DNA of 64,000 nucleotides from Adineta vaga (Eukaryota > Animalia > Rotifera): contig CP075495.1 in NCBI GenBank assembly GCA_021613535.1, forward strand, positions 7,378,001 to 7,442,000, read 5' to 3'. Every line of letters begins with the position of its first letter. The stretch's first letter is position 1. Positions 16,459 through 29,270 of the stretch are shown here, piece by piece. The position numbers and the translations under genes are program-made. Under the pieces are notes generated by a model. That model worked only from the letters and a program-made list of their open reading frames with translations, searched no databases and had not been told where the DNA came from.

Positions 16459-19400
16459 ATCTGCTTATTTTGTTTTTCACTCTTTGTTACTCAGATACGC
16501 TATTATCTGTCAAACTGAATGTGTATATATATATATATATATATATGTAAATGTATTCATCTTCAAAAGGCAACACATTGTTTTTTCTTTTAAAGTTTTG
16601 TTTTTGTTAATAATCTCTTCTTTGAATTTGTATATTCTAAACGTACGTACTCATATTTTAAAATGACATTCTATAATCTGTCATTTAAAAATACTTCTGT
16701 CTTTCGATTTCATTTATTATTCACTTTCGTATTACGTTTTATTCATTTACTATTGAAATAAATTCTCATAGTTGAAATATCGGCATTGACAATTTCTCTT
16801 TGTTCTGATGAATAATTCTAATAAGACTATATTCATCTGAACAAAGACCTAGATTAACATGCTTTTATTATATGAAGAACATTATAACACGTTTGGTGAA
16901 TAAATGTATCCATGAACTATTGTATGAGCAGCAGACTATTTTGTAGTGTTGCGTTTTCTCTGGGATTTTTAATCGATATTTCGTTTTTTTTTCAATCTAT
17001 GAAATAAACAAATTTAGAACTCAAAATTCTATTTCTAAGAATACTTTTAATTATATGATTAACAGACTAAGGAAAAGGAAACGTTTCAAACTTTCACGTT
17101 CATTTGCATCTTCAAACTATATAATTTTCGATATTTTTTATTTTCAGTCAAATTTTTAAGTTCTTTAATTGCATTTCTATTCGATGATAGAAATACTTCA
17201 ATGGATTATTTCGATTTCCATAAACAAAACTCGATTTTAGCAACTTGTCGATCTAATCGATTAGAAATAATTCAATAGAATTATGAATTGATTATTTTCA
17301 TTGCTAAAAATTATAAACATTTCTCATAGATTATACAAAACAATATATATATACATATATTTTCTCGTCTGTCTCCTGTAAATAATATTGAAAGTCTAGT
17401 TTAATGTGGAAGAGTATTTTGACAGTGGTGATTATCTAGAGAGAAAAAAAAATAAGAATTCACAATTCTTGTCTTTCGAATTGATTAAGTAACAGAATTA
17501 TCTGCATCTATAAAATAATCGTTATTGTTGTGATGCATTTTTATATTCAATTATATCGTATAGCTGAGTCTTCTATATATGAACTGAAAATTCACATAGA
17601 GATTTTTCTCTTTTGTGCATTTTCAGTGCAATTAATTGTCGATCTTTCTATCGTATTCATAGAGTATCATATGGTAGACTTCCTGTATCACAATCGTGTT
17701 AGTTTACGTATTTTCTACATCAATCATTAAGCAGAAGTAGATTGTTATATGTCCATAGACAGGAGTTGAAATAATATTCTTAGAAAGTTAATGATCGTTT
17801 TTGACAGTGTAAATTAATCTTTTCTATACGGATATACATTCTACTATTATTCAAAAATTATTATGGTGAAAAAAGTGTATTTAGTCTATATTTATCGTTT
17901 TATCTTCAAGTCAAAGTTAACCTTACTATTTTGCGTTTTGAAAGAGAAAAGAACTATAATCCATTCGCTGAATATTCTCATGTATTTTCTCTAAACATCT
18001 TGTGAATAAACAATCTATGCATAATTATAGTCACAGTTTTTTCCGTTATACGCACAGCAACATTTCCTTTGAATCAATGAATTGAGCTAATAAATCTTTG
18101 TCATGAATAGAAAACTAGTCGTCTCATAGCGTAAAAAAAATCATGACACGTTCTCCATAAAAAATATTTACATTCATTCATTCATTTTCATTCGAACACT
18201 TTATTTCATATCCGTATAAGTACTTTTAATATTGACGTTTATGAATGAAAGAAAGATTTACTATCAAATCGACTTTTTTCTCCTTTCTTTTTTTCAAATA
18301 TTCGATTAATTATTGTGATGTCCTTCGAACTCGAGAAAATTATGAGAGTTATAGACAAACAAAATTACGCTTTCCGATAAGTTGGAAGAAGAAGAAGAAG
18401 AAAAAAAAACGTACGACCGTACTCTATGCACATAAACTAGTACTTGAATGATAATGAAAAGAAAGGACAACATTATCTACTTATTTATTATACTATAGTA
18501 GAAAAAACAAAATAGTGAGATCATGCTTAACAACTTAACTTATGATCTATCTACGCAAAAATAAATTTATGAAATTGAGATGAAATGTTGACACGTTGCA
18601 TTCTTCTTTTCGTCAGATGAGTTATGACGAAGATCGTTCTTTTATGTCATACTAATCAAATATATAAAGATATGATAAATTCACATTTCTAACTATTTTT
18701 CTTTTCAACTATCTGTTTATAGCAATAAAAGTGATGAAGAAGAAGAGATCCTAGTCTTTCTCTATTCTCTATTTCTCATTTATTGAGCTACTCTTTTAGA
18801 ACACATGAACAATATTTTCTCATTATTGAGTACTTTGATATGACGCCGTTGCACTTAAATAAAGCTTCCAATCAATGTGCTTGAATAGTTCTATATTTTT
18901 CAGTAACGATTTAATTCTGAAAAAAAAGAGATAATAGGAACAAAATTAATTAAGTTCCTTTTTTCTCTTTTTTTGATTATCTTATGTAGATACACTAGTT
19001 GCCTTTTATTTAGTTAAATTTACTTTGATGGGTAAGTCTGGTAAGAACCAAATAACTTTATAATTAACGATGTCTAAACTAGTTCAATTACGCACAAGAA
19101 GTTTTTCACAAACAGATCTTATTATATTGAATGTTCTATGCACGTTAGTACTTTTATTTTCCGTTATCTATTGCCAAAAGTATTAAATTATGCAGATGAG
19201 ACAGTTCTTTTTTTAGGAAAGAAGTCAGTAATGTTTCATATGTAATCAAAATCAGTCCGTATGTGAACTTCGATAGAGGCTAACATAGAGAGCTCTTCGA
19301 CATGATTTTCAAATAATCATAATAGAAAGTTGTGAGCATGTAGATCTTAATTGATTAGTTTCGATTGTTTCAATGGGTACTATCTTTATAGCATGTAAAA

Positions 19401-19496
19401 AACAGATCAAATATCGATCAAGATTAAAAAGACGAAGAAGAAGAGGAGAAGATAGTCCACTGTCGGCGTCGCTCTGTTTTCTACATAGACAAACGC

Positions 19497-19560
19497 GAAG
19501 CAGCAGCAGCAGAAGAAGAAGAAGAAGAAGAAGAAGAAGAGAAAGAAGGACGAAGAGAAG
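19497..19560. repeat. Compound (AGC)n/(AGA)n purine-rich microsatellite
   Basis: Visible tandem run AGCAGCAGCAGCAGAAGAAGAAGAAGA. Confidence 0.85.
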
Positions 19561-19719
19561 ATTTTTTCCGCTATTGCTTTTTATTAATAACACATAGAAC
19601 TCTTTTTCTGTATTCATAAATGTTTTAAGAGCAGAGCGTCCAAGAGGAAAAAAGTGTCACTTTTGAATACAATATATTTTTTTCTTGTCTTCTAGTAATT
19701 TCTATAATCATTGAACGGC

Positions 19720-20690
19720 ATGCATCTGGATATTTCTAAATGTTTATTAATTTTTCTTGGTTCGTTAATCCAATTCAGTAAATACTTTTATACAAAAAAG
19801 ACATGAAAAAATTGTATATTTAGGTGATGAACTTGAATGTCTTCAATGCACAAGTCCTATTCGACGTGTATCACGTGATTGGGATCATTCATGTTTAGAT
19901 GGTACCTTAATGCCAGTAGCATGTCCACAACTAATTAATAAAACTGAATCACCATTCGAGCAATGTGTATCGGCAGTTCATCGACTTGGTCGCGGAAGAA
20001 ATTCAGGTATGAGATTAATGAACTCATCTATGTGCATTTTTGATAAAAGTGTTTCTATAAATATAAATTCATCAATGTTATACTTTTGTAGAAAATGCAT
20101 ATCTCTCTGTTAAATATTTATTTTCTTCCATTTGAATCTTCGATTTATAATTAGAAAATCTTAATTTCACTTGATATATAAATAGAATTCATAGAAAAGG
20201 AGATAAAATCAGGAAAAATCTTAAAAATAAATAATCCTGATAAAATACTTTAATTGATTCTCATATGTCTTTATTATGAAACCAAACACCCACCCTCAAG
20301 TTTGTTTTTTTCGTTTAATTAACGTCTTCTTTTTAATCCTCAAGGTAAAATGATCATATCTAAGTTGAAGTAATTACATCTAATTTTTCTCTTGAATTCT
20401 TAGATATGTTATTCTCGCTTTATTTCTTTTATATTCTAGGTATTCTTATCTATCGTAGTTGTACAAAGACAAATATGATTTTTCAAGAATGTGATCCACC
20501 AAATCTATCAATTGATATTGACAAAACATTAGGTTTCTACTGCAGTCGAACATGTCAAGGTGATGGGTGCAATCGACATTCAGTTAAAGAGATAACATCA
20601 AATATGAATGGATTATTTCAAAATCAATGTATTTTATTGCATATAATATGTATTATAATTCTATTGGATATTTTCGGTTATATTAAATAG
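19720..20690 (+). CDS. Ly6/uPAR (three-finger; quiver/sleepless-like) GPI-anchored protein, 3 exons
   Basis: Signal-peptide exon (MHLDISKCLLIFLGSLIQF); exon 2 LECLQC..SCLDG..AC..QC; exon 3 YRSC..EC..YCSRTCQGDGCN then a hydrophobic C-terminal GPI-signal-like tail. Confidence 0.8.
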
Positions 20691-21390
20691 ATGAAATATT
20701 CACAAGAAATTCACGAATTGATCTAACTTCATTTTTTGCTATGTATATATATATCTTGACGAGTTTCTTCTTTTTTTTAAAACAAATTGTTTCAATGTTG
20801 TTTGCCAAAAAAAACAAAGTGAAATGAAAATACATGATCTAAAATAGTGACATATTTAGACATGGGAAAATCTTAGGTTACATTCTTATATAAATAACCT
20901 ATGACTTTATCCTGAAAATAACAATGTGCTGTGATCCATGAATAGAAAGAACTATACTATTCGATATGTCGATTTGCTGATTTAAGTCAAAGAATCGTAT
21001 GAATTTTGTTGTGTTTTTTAATAATAAGGATAAATAGATAAAAAAATCTATTAGATCATTTCTTTTCAAATCTGTTCTGACATTTATCAGAAATTAGTTT
21101 GTTATTTTATTTGTCATTTCTAGAAAACTAACAAATAGCGAGTATTCATTTGCATTTATTTATATTTTGTCGATGAGACATCTCGATGTCAATCTTAAGT
21201 AGAGAGACTTGTTGAAATATAAGTCGACAAAAACATAGATTTATTATCAATGTATCAATGATGCTTTATGTCAATCAATAGTATTCCAAATGTCATGGCA
21301 TTATCTAGTCAATAATAAACAATAATTAGTTGAAAGAATTGTTCTAAAATTCATTTACTTCTTATGTCATTCATATATAAAATATCTGAA

Positions 21391-22176
21391 TCATAGTGTT
21401 CGTCGAATAAGCTCATTTAGTGCACTTGTAACTAGAAAATTGATTTAAATTTTTTCTGTTTTTGATATATACTTGAAAAAAAAGAATCATTCAGACATGC
21501 AGCAGGTGTATCAGTTGTCAAAAGAAGCGGTTTATTAACATTTGTAATAATTAGAGAAGAAGAAACTTATCATTTTCTTACTTTCAGCTGCTCGAAATCT
21601 TGGAATATGAAATTGATATTCTAACCATTTGCGAAACATTTCACCATCTTTTAACATTATATAATATCCAAGTAATTGACGAGCATATATAAATCCATGA
21701 TCAGCTAATAACTGTCCATATTTTTTGCCAATACCAGGTACTAAAAGAGGCTTGAAAAATTTCTGATAATAAACTAGATCAATACCGGCAGTAATAGGCT
21801 TGATTGATATTGCTTCATTAGAAAATTGACATCTTTTATTGCTAATCATTCGATTTTCTATACGTTCAGTTGAAATTGGCCAAGCATTATTTATTAATTC
21901 GAAAAATAAAGATTGTTTTTCAACAAACTTATCTTCAATATCTTTTGTTTGCTTAGGTATATCAATGATATATTCACTAGTTCTTGGAACAATATTATCT
22001 TTAATGGTAGAACGTTGTTTAACTTTTATTAATGGATGTGTAATTTTCCTTTCATTTGATCCACAGCAATTTTGATTTGATGACGATAACATCGATTGTT
22101 GTTGTTTAGTGAAAGAAAATGTATTCAAATCGATTATGTTCGGTTTACGAACGAAGAAACGTTGAGATGAAATCAT
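21391..22176 (-). CDS. BAF (barrier-to-autointegration factor)-domain protein with ~135-aa N-terminal extension, 2 exons
   Basis: C-terminal KPLLVPGIGKKYGQLLADHGFIYARQLLGYYIMLKDGEMFRKWL resembles BAF ([41 protein letters not shown]). GTAAG donor at 21581 and AG acceptor at 21432 add a terminal helix ITSALNELIRRTL-TGA. Confidence 0.78.
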
Positions 22177-22481
22177 TTAGATTTCAATCGAATGCAACAA
22201 GATAAAAATTACATTGAAATTTTCAATTTGTATACGCGCTTCGAATATAGTTTATTTACATAAAATAAAAATCATTGTGTTCCTTATCATTTCCAGTATT
22301 TTTTAACAAAAGAAAGCCTAGTAATAATGCTCTACTATTTTACATTGATAAACTACATTTTTATTTTGCTCTTATCATATCATTACAAGTATAGAAAGCA
22401 AGAACGTCTCAATGTGTGTATATATATAACTAATAACTTTGTTTCATATACCTTCATTCGTGTCGTTTCTGTTTTTGTAGA

Positions 22482-24346
22482 ATGATGATAAGAAACATAT
22501 TTCTACTTGTTATCTATGGATGGATTTCACAACATATTTATGCAGATCAACCTGTGACTGTCACAACCAAATCTGGTGATTTACTTGGATATCAAACTGA
22601 TGTAGCTCGTGTTTTCTACGGAATTCCATTTGCTCAACCTCCAGTAGAACATTTAAGGTATGAAAAATAAGATGATTCACAAAATTTTACATCAATTTTC
22701 GTAGATGGCAACCTCCTGTACCTGTACAATCATGGGCTCCAAAAATAAGAAATGCAACAAAACCAGCACCTGCATGTCCTCAACCACAATGTAAACTTCC
22801 TCCTACATTATGTCCAGCTAGTGTAAGTTTGATATTTTGGAACATATTTCATACTAATGCCTCTTTTGAATTTGATATATTTAGACATCAGAAGATTGTC
22901 TTTATCTAAATGTTTTTACACCAATACTATCTCAAACACCACCAGTGACACCATTACCAGTTATGATTTTTATTACAGGAGGAAATTTTCAATTTCTTGA
23001 TGCTTCTGCACCAATCTATGAATCTGAACGTTTTGTTAATACAACAAATACAGTTCTTGTTTTCATTCAATATCGACTCGGTAAGAAAAAAGAAGCATGA
23101 TTTATTTTGAAAGGATTTATGAAAAATTTATTGTAGGTATCCTTGGATTTTTGGCTACAGGTACCGGTCCAGATGATATCAAAGGTAATTATGGTATTCT
23201 TGATCAACGATTAGCTATTGCATGGGTTAAAGCCAATATTGATGCATTTGGTGGAGATCCAAATGAAGTAAGAAAATATGATTTTGTCTAAAATATATTA
23301 CTATTATTATTTTTACTTCTTCAAATAGATTACTCTCTTCGGTCAAAGCGCAGGTGGACAATCGACTGCTTTACATTATGTTTCCAGTGATATGCAACAA
23401 TACTTTCAACGAGCAATTATTCAAAGTGCACCAATTACTATACCTTTCAGGTAGGTTTCTTTAAGTTAAATCTATATTTTCGTTATATAATGATCTACAA
23501 TTTAGAACTTATCTTGAATATATTACACCAAGTGTACTTCTTGCCGAACAACTTCATTGTGCTGTTGGTGATATTGCATGTTTTCGTCGTGCTTCATTTC
23601 AAGATATTGTTCTTGCTCAAACTCAAATTAATAATATGATTACTTCATTAAAACTTTTACTCTTTTTTGAACCATGGGTACCAGTTATTGATAATGTTAT
23701 TGTTCATGGTCAACTTCTTGATCTTGTTAAAAATACATCATTTCCACTCAAAGAACTTATTGTCGGTACATTAAGTGAAGAAGCAGTCTTTTTTATCTAT
23801 GAAGGTTGGGCAAAACCAGTCACACCAGCAACATATGCCGAGGCTGTTCTGGCTACATTTGTTGAAAATGCACTTAAAGTTCTCGAACGTTTTCCACCTG
23901 ATAGTGCAACTGATGTACGACCGCTTCTATCACGTATTGCTACTCAATGGGTATTTGCATGTTCAAATCGTGTGTTTTCACGTAAAGCAGCTTCTTATTC
24001 ATATGTTTTTGGTTATCCACTTGATTTTGATGGATGGGGTAATGAAACATTTTGTAATGGTCATGTATGTCATGGTGGTGAATTACCATTTTTATTCGAA
24101 TCAGCTTGGGCAAATTTTACAGATGCTGGTCGACGTGTTTCACAAAATATGGCTACATTTTGGACAAATTTTGCTAAAAGTCAAGATCCAAATGAACCTT
24201 TACGTGTACCAAATCAATGGCCACGAATGTCAAGTGGAAATGATAAATATATGTATTTTCAAGATCCATTAGAAGTTCGAGAAAATTATTTGCAAAGTGA
24301 TTGTGATTTTTGGGATAAAATTGGTTATAAAAAAGTTTCTTTTTAA
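22482..24346 (+). CDS. Secreted type-B carboxylesterase (cholinesterase fold), multi-exon
   Basis: Signal peptide; FYGIPFAQPP..LRW; SEDCLYLNVFTP; QYRLGILGFL; GNYGILDQRLAIAWV..FGGDP; nucleophile FGQSAGG; Glu in EEA; His in VCHGGEL. Confidence 0.92.
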
Positions 24347-24540
24347 TCTTATGAACAAATAAATTTTCTATCATATTTTTCTTCTATTCATTATTCAATG
24401 ATTATGAAAAACGAAAGAGGATGTGGGAGTGATCAGATTTCTTGACATGATACTGTTTGAATATTTTCAAACTAGTTGCTTCAATTCAGATCGAAAAGTT
24501 TTTTTTTGGCGCTTATCTCAATTCTATCTTAAGTTTGAAA

Positions 24541-26862
24541 ATGATTTTCAAGTATATTTATCAATTGTTCATTTATATTATGTTAATTTTCAATTATCGA
24601 ATTATATCAGAGACAAAATTGAAATTCTTATTTACAGGACACGATAATGTAATTAAATGTTCTGAACATGGATATCTTATTTATGAGAATTGGTTCAATC
24701 TACTTCAACGAAATATAACATGTCCAAATCAAATGAATTTATTTGACAGTGATTCTCCAGATATATATACGAATTCTATTTATAGTATTTGTTTTGGACA
24801 AAGTGAAAAGTTTTCCACTAGTATTTATTTGAATTTTACAAGGCAAGATGAGATAGCAGCGGATAATCCATGTGAACCTCAGTTACAAACAAAATATAAC
24901 AGTAAATTATCTCTTCTACAAGGTCTTCATGAACATCTTACTCAAAGTGTACATTTTAACGTTGAATGTCGCAATAATAGAATGATAATTTACTTGGGTG
25001 AACAACCGTGGGCTAGTATAGATGAAGGTTTATCTACATTTCAAATATTCTTTCATAATCAACCCATGATTTGTCGTTTGAAACTCGATCGAAGGGAAAA
25101 AGTGAATAGGAAATATTGTGACGGGTCAACAGATGCGTCACACATAATTTGTTATTATGATCCTAATGCGCTTACCTTAAATATATCAGTTGATTGGTTA
25201 CAAATAGAGACATTTCTATATCATAATTCTTATGCTCCCAGTGGATGGCGACACAATGGTGGATATTATTACAATGACGAAACATCGACGGTGGATTCTA
25301 CTACAACGGTAGGTGATTTTTCTATAATTTTTCGACTAGAGGAACAGCAATTGATTCTCATTGAATCAAGAATATGTAAACAATATCTATGATTGAACAG
25401 TTGGTGGTTTTTATTGTATTGCTTAGTATGAATATTAATCTATTGTGAATCTCTATTAACTCGAACATGTAAACTTGATAGCACTATAAGATCGTGTCAA
25501 TTACCGTCAAGTGCATACCGAGCTATCTATAATAGGGGAGCGGATGCATTTGAAGAGAAAATTTTGCTGCCTAAATAGGAATTTATCTCTTTTTTTGTTT
25601 TAAAAATTGTTGGAAAAATTTCCAAAAAAACCAAACCGCTAAAATCTCACTTCTATTCCTTTTTGAAGACCAAAAAAACTGAGTTTTCAGACAAAGAAGG
25701 AGCGCAAACTTCTTCTTCCTATTAATTTTCGAAAGCAGGAGAGGTGTTACGTCCCGTGCGACTTTCCTCGGTACATCCCTATTCAATTACTAGTACTAGT
25801 ATTTTTTCCACGTCATTCGCAGCCACTAAAATCATATCGGTAACTACTGTAACAGACAAAAAATAAAAATGATTGCATTCTGTTTACAATCGTAAACTTC
25901 ACTTTTCAACGTCTATCTCTAAACCTTTTTTTGTTAGGCTACTCCTACTACTACTACCACCACCACCACTACTACTACTCCTACTACCACCACTACTGCT
26001 ACTACTACTACTCGTACTACCACCACCACTACTACTACTCGTACTACTCCTACTACCACCACTACTACTACTACTACTACAACTACTACCACTACTACAA
26101 CTACTAGCACTACTACAACTACCACCACTACTACTACAACTACTGCCACTATTACCACCACCACCACTGCTACTACAACTACTACTGATACCACTACCAC
26201 CACTGCTAGTACCACTATTACTGATACCACCACTATTATTGATACTGACACTATCACTACTACTACTTCGGATGATACTACTGCTGCCACTACTACTATT
26301 GGTACGAGTACCATTTTAACGTCAACTATATCCGGTAAAAAAAATTTCATCTTTAAATACTAGTATTAAATCAACTGTGATGTCAATTCCATATATAGAT
26401 ATTACAACAAATATGGAAATGAGTACTTATGCAACATCTAATAAACCGAAAAAGAAACCCGTTTCGTCGAAGAATATTTCTGCGGCCAAAAAACCAGCTA
26501 AAAAAGTCAATTCTTCATCACATATCAAAGCAAAAATTAATAAACCAAGAACGAAAGCATCATCTTCTTCATTGAAATATATAGTAATTGTGTTAATATG
26601 TGTTGTTATTATTATTGGGTCAATAGCGTTTTATGCCTATCGATCAAAAAAATCCGACGATGAACAAACTTTATTAGAACGAAATAACAGTGACGAATCA
26701 AATGGTTCAAATATTATTGAATCGGAATCAGATTTTTCTATTGATCATGATGAACAAGCAAACTCTGTACATGAAATACCAGTGACATCATCGCTTTCTG
26801 AAACACCTACTAAACGTATGACAGGACGTATGATCAGTCAATTAGATCCGGATCTAATCTAG
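24541..26862 (+). CDS. Orphan type-I membrane protein: signal peptide, Cys-containing ectodomain, poly-Thr mucin stalk, TM helix, acidic tail (1-bp frameshift at A8 run 26337-26344)
   Basis: Hydrophobic N-terminus MIFKYIYQLFIYIMLIF; donor GTAGGT at 25310; acceptor TTAG at 25937 opens ATPTTTT...; downstream ORF 26377-26862 has TM YIVIVLICVVIIIGSIAFYAY followed by RSKK. Confidence 0.6.
25533..25781. mobile_element. Possible degenerate non-autonomous DNA element inside an intron
   Basis: GC-enriched ends; termini TAGGGGAG... and ...CATCCCTA (reverse complement TAGGGATG, hAT/Ac-like); flanking 8-mers ATCTATAA/TTCAATTA match only 5/8. Confidence 0.35.
25938..26300 (+). repeat. (ACT/ACC)n coding trinucleotide repeat (poly-Thr)
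   Basis: About 120 codons dominated by ACT/ACC with occasional CCT, CGT, GAT, GCT, in frame after a canonical splice acceptor. Confidence 0.9.
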
Positions 26863-27100
26863 AATAATAACAACCATTTGAAGCTTGCCATACATACCAT
26901 TAATTCTCTCTCTCTATTTCAACTATGAGATTATATTTAAAACTACATTCATTTCATGTGAAATTATATAAAGTCCATAGAAAACATGTCCAGTGATATA
27001 TAATTTATTAATCTATCTTGTATGTATATGTATAACCTAACTGCAGAAAAAGATTGACATATTGTTTTTAAACATGTAACAGTTTGAAAATGTCTAGTTA

Positions 27101-29270
27101 TCATATAATGGAATGAGATGAGCTAGAGATTATTTCAGTCGATATCTAGAAATAGGAAACGAATTTTAGGATAATGAAATGGTTATCAATCATGTTAACT
27201 TTCTTACTCGCCGTGTTGAAATTAATGGTGATTGCTGATGAGCTGATGGTAATGCTGGTCGTGATATACTAACACGAGATCCATCTGGATTTGTTCGATA
27301 TGATATTCGAGCAGGTGTTATTGTTGATTTCTCATTTGTAGTCGATGGAAACAATGGTTGTGAATCCATCTGATCATTGCTTAATTGTGATGATTGAGAA
27401 ATACCATCTGATCGATTATTTTCATTTTCATGAGAGCAATCTTCAACGATAATAGCAGGAGGAGGAAGAGAAGGAGCTAAAGAATAAAATTTAAAAGAAT
27501 GCAAAACAAATGATTAGTAAAATACTATGATTAGATATTGGTTTGACTATAATTAGATTACTCTCCTGTTGACTTAGTTCATCTTGAGCAAATAAATTAC
27601 TCATCATTGTATCACTGAGACCTTCACTTGAATTTTCATGTCGTTGAGATAATATATGAGAAGATTTTTCTGATACTTGATGAACTGTTGTTGGTGCAAT
27701 GATCAGAGATTCGTCTTCAACAATAGTTGCTAATGCTGGTGTTGGTCGAATACTAAGAAATAGGCTAAACTTCGACTATCTATTGATTCGATGGATCAAT
27801 ATTTCTTGTAAATAGTACAATATTCTCTTTCAGTTCTTATGTATCGTGTTAACAGAAATAGACATTACTTTATATTCATAACAGATGTTGTCGTTGAAAT
27901 TGAACATGATTCTGACGATGTTGTTGATGCCGTATCAGAAGTAGATTTATCTTCAATGGGTTTACCTTGATGAAATCGACCTTTCTTTAATTGTATTTTA
28001 GGTAAACATGAAGCCATTAAATTTGTGGCTGTACGTCGAGCTGTACTTGGTGTGAATTCGGTTTGTTCTTCCGAATCTTGATCTACTCGATCGAGAGCAA
28101 CTTCAATAGCTGCATATGTATCATCACTGATAGGTGTCCAGGGATTATTCTGTGTGTTTTTATCATTATTATTGGTAGATAATGATTCTGACTGAGTATT
28201 GGGCTGAGAATCATCAATAATAATCGCTTGATCAGATGATTGTTGTAATTGACACGTATCGAGAATATTAGGACTTTCGAAACTATTGATTGTTGTTGAT
28301 GTTGAAGTAATAACAGTAAATGTTGTATCAGGTAGATTAGGGTGTGAATGTGGAAGATTGATGGAATCACTTGTATTAGATGAAGAATTCGATTGATCAG
28401 GTTCGATATGTGTAGATCTATGGAGGAAAAAAATAAGAAGTCGTTTCGAAAGTTTTATGGAAGAAGAATTTACTTTGTGGATGATACAAATCGACTTGAA
28501 TGCTCAGTATCCGATGGTTCTGATATCACTGTTGATTTCTTCAATAATTTCCGTGTCTAAAATTACAATAAAACTCTTGTTCGAATAGCTACCGTTAATA
28601 GCTTACAGATTTGCTCGATCCATTCGTTTTTTTTGATGACGAAGATGTTGGAATTTGAGTTCGTAGATGATGAACTCCTTGTTGATTAAGATAACGTTGA
28701 ATAAGTTCATCTGTCATTGGTAAAATCATGACATGTTGTGGTGGATATTGTTCTACATTTGTCGTTGATTTTTGATGATGATCTTGAGTATTCTTTTTAT
28801 TATTTGTTAATAATGATAAATGTTTTGTACAGCAATTATATGATGATAATGTTGTAAGAATTGAACAAATTAAACAAGTTGTACATTTTGATGTTGTTTT
28901 ATAATCATTATCTGATGTGCAACTTTCATCATGATTATGCCTGGATTTTTTTCGTGATTTATTACTTTGAGATCGTCGTCGTGCTGTTGCTTTGTCTTCA
29001 TCAGAATCACTTAGAACAATGTATGTTTTATTACTAGTTATCGGTTTCGGCTGTACAGATCGTTCTTCATTTTCATTGTCATCATCATCTTCAAGCCAGA
29101 GATTATTACGTTGACCAGAACGTAATTTATCTAAACGACGATTTATTTTCGACGTCGCTGATGATGGTGGGGGCGATTGTCGTTTTCGTTTTCCTAATAT
29201 AAATATTTTTTCAAAGCGGAAATGATAGTTTCGAACAAAACATACGTAATGGCTTTTTGCTAGTGCTCAT
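27101..29270 (-). CDS. Uncharacterised, largely disordered Ser/Thr/Pro-rich protein with basic NLS-like motifs and a Cys/His cluster, multi-exon
   Basis: The first exons splice in frame across a GT-AG intron: MSTSKKPL|RKRKRQSPPPSS..., then CTTCLIC..YNCCTKH. The last exons read ...SPLISTRR|ISTEIISSSSHSII-TGA. Internal exons were only partly traced; no recognised domain. Confidence 0.65.

Noticed and set aside
19309-19617. Poly-Arg (+) and poly-Leu (-) ORFs
   Set aside because: Products of the (AGA)n microsatellite; no other coding signal.
25873-26350. Poly-Leu/Pro (+) and poly-Val (-) ORFs
   Set aside because: Alternative-frame readings of the (ACT/ACC)n repeat; the Thr frame is the one supported by the splice acceptor.
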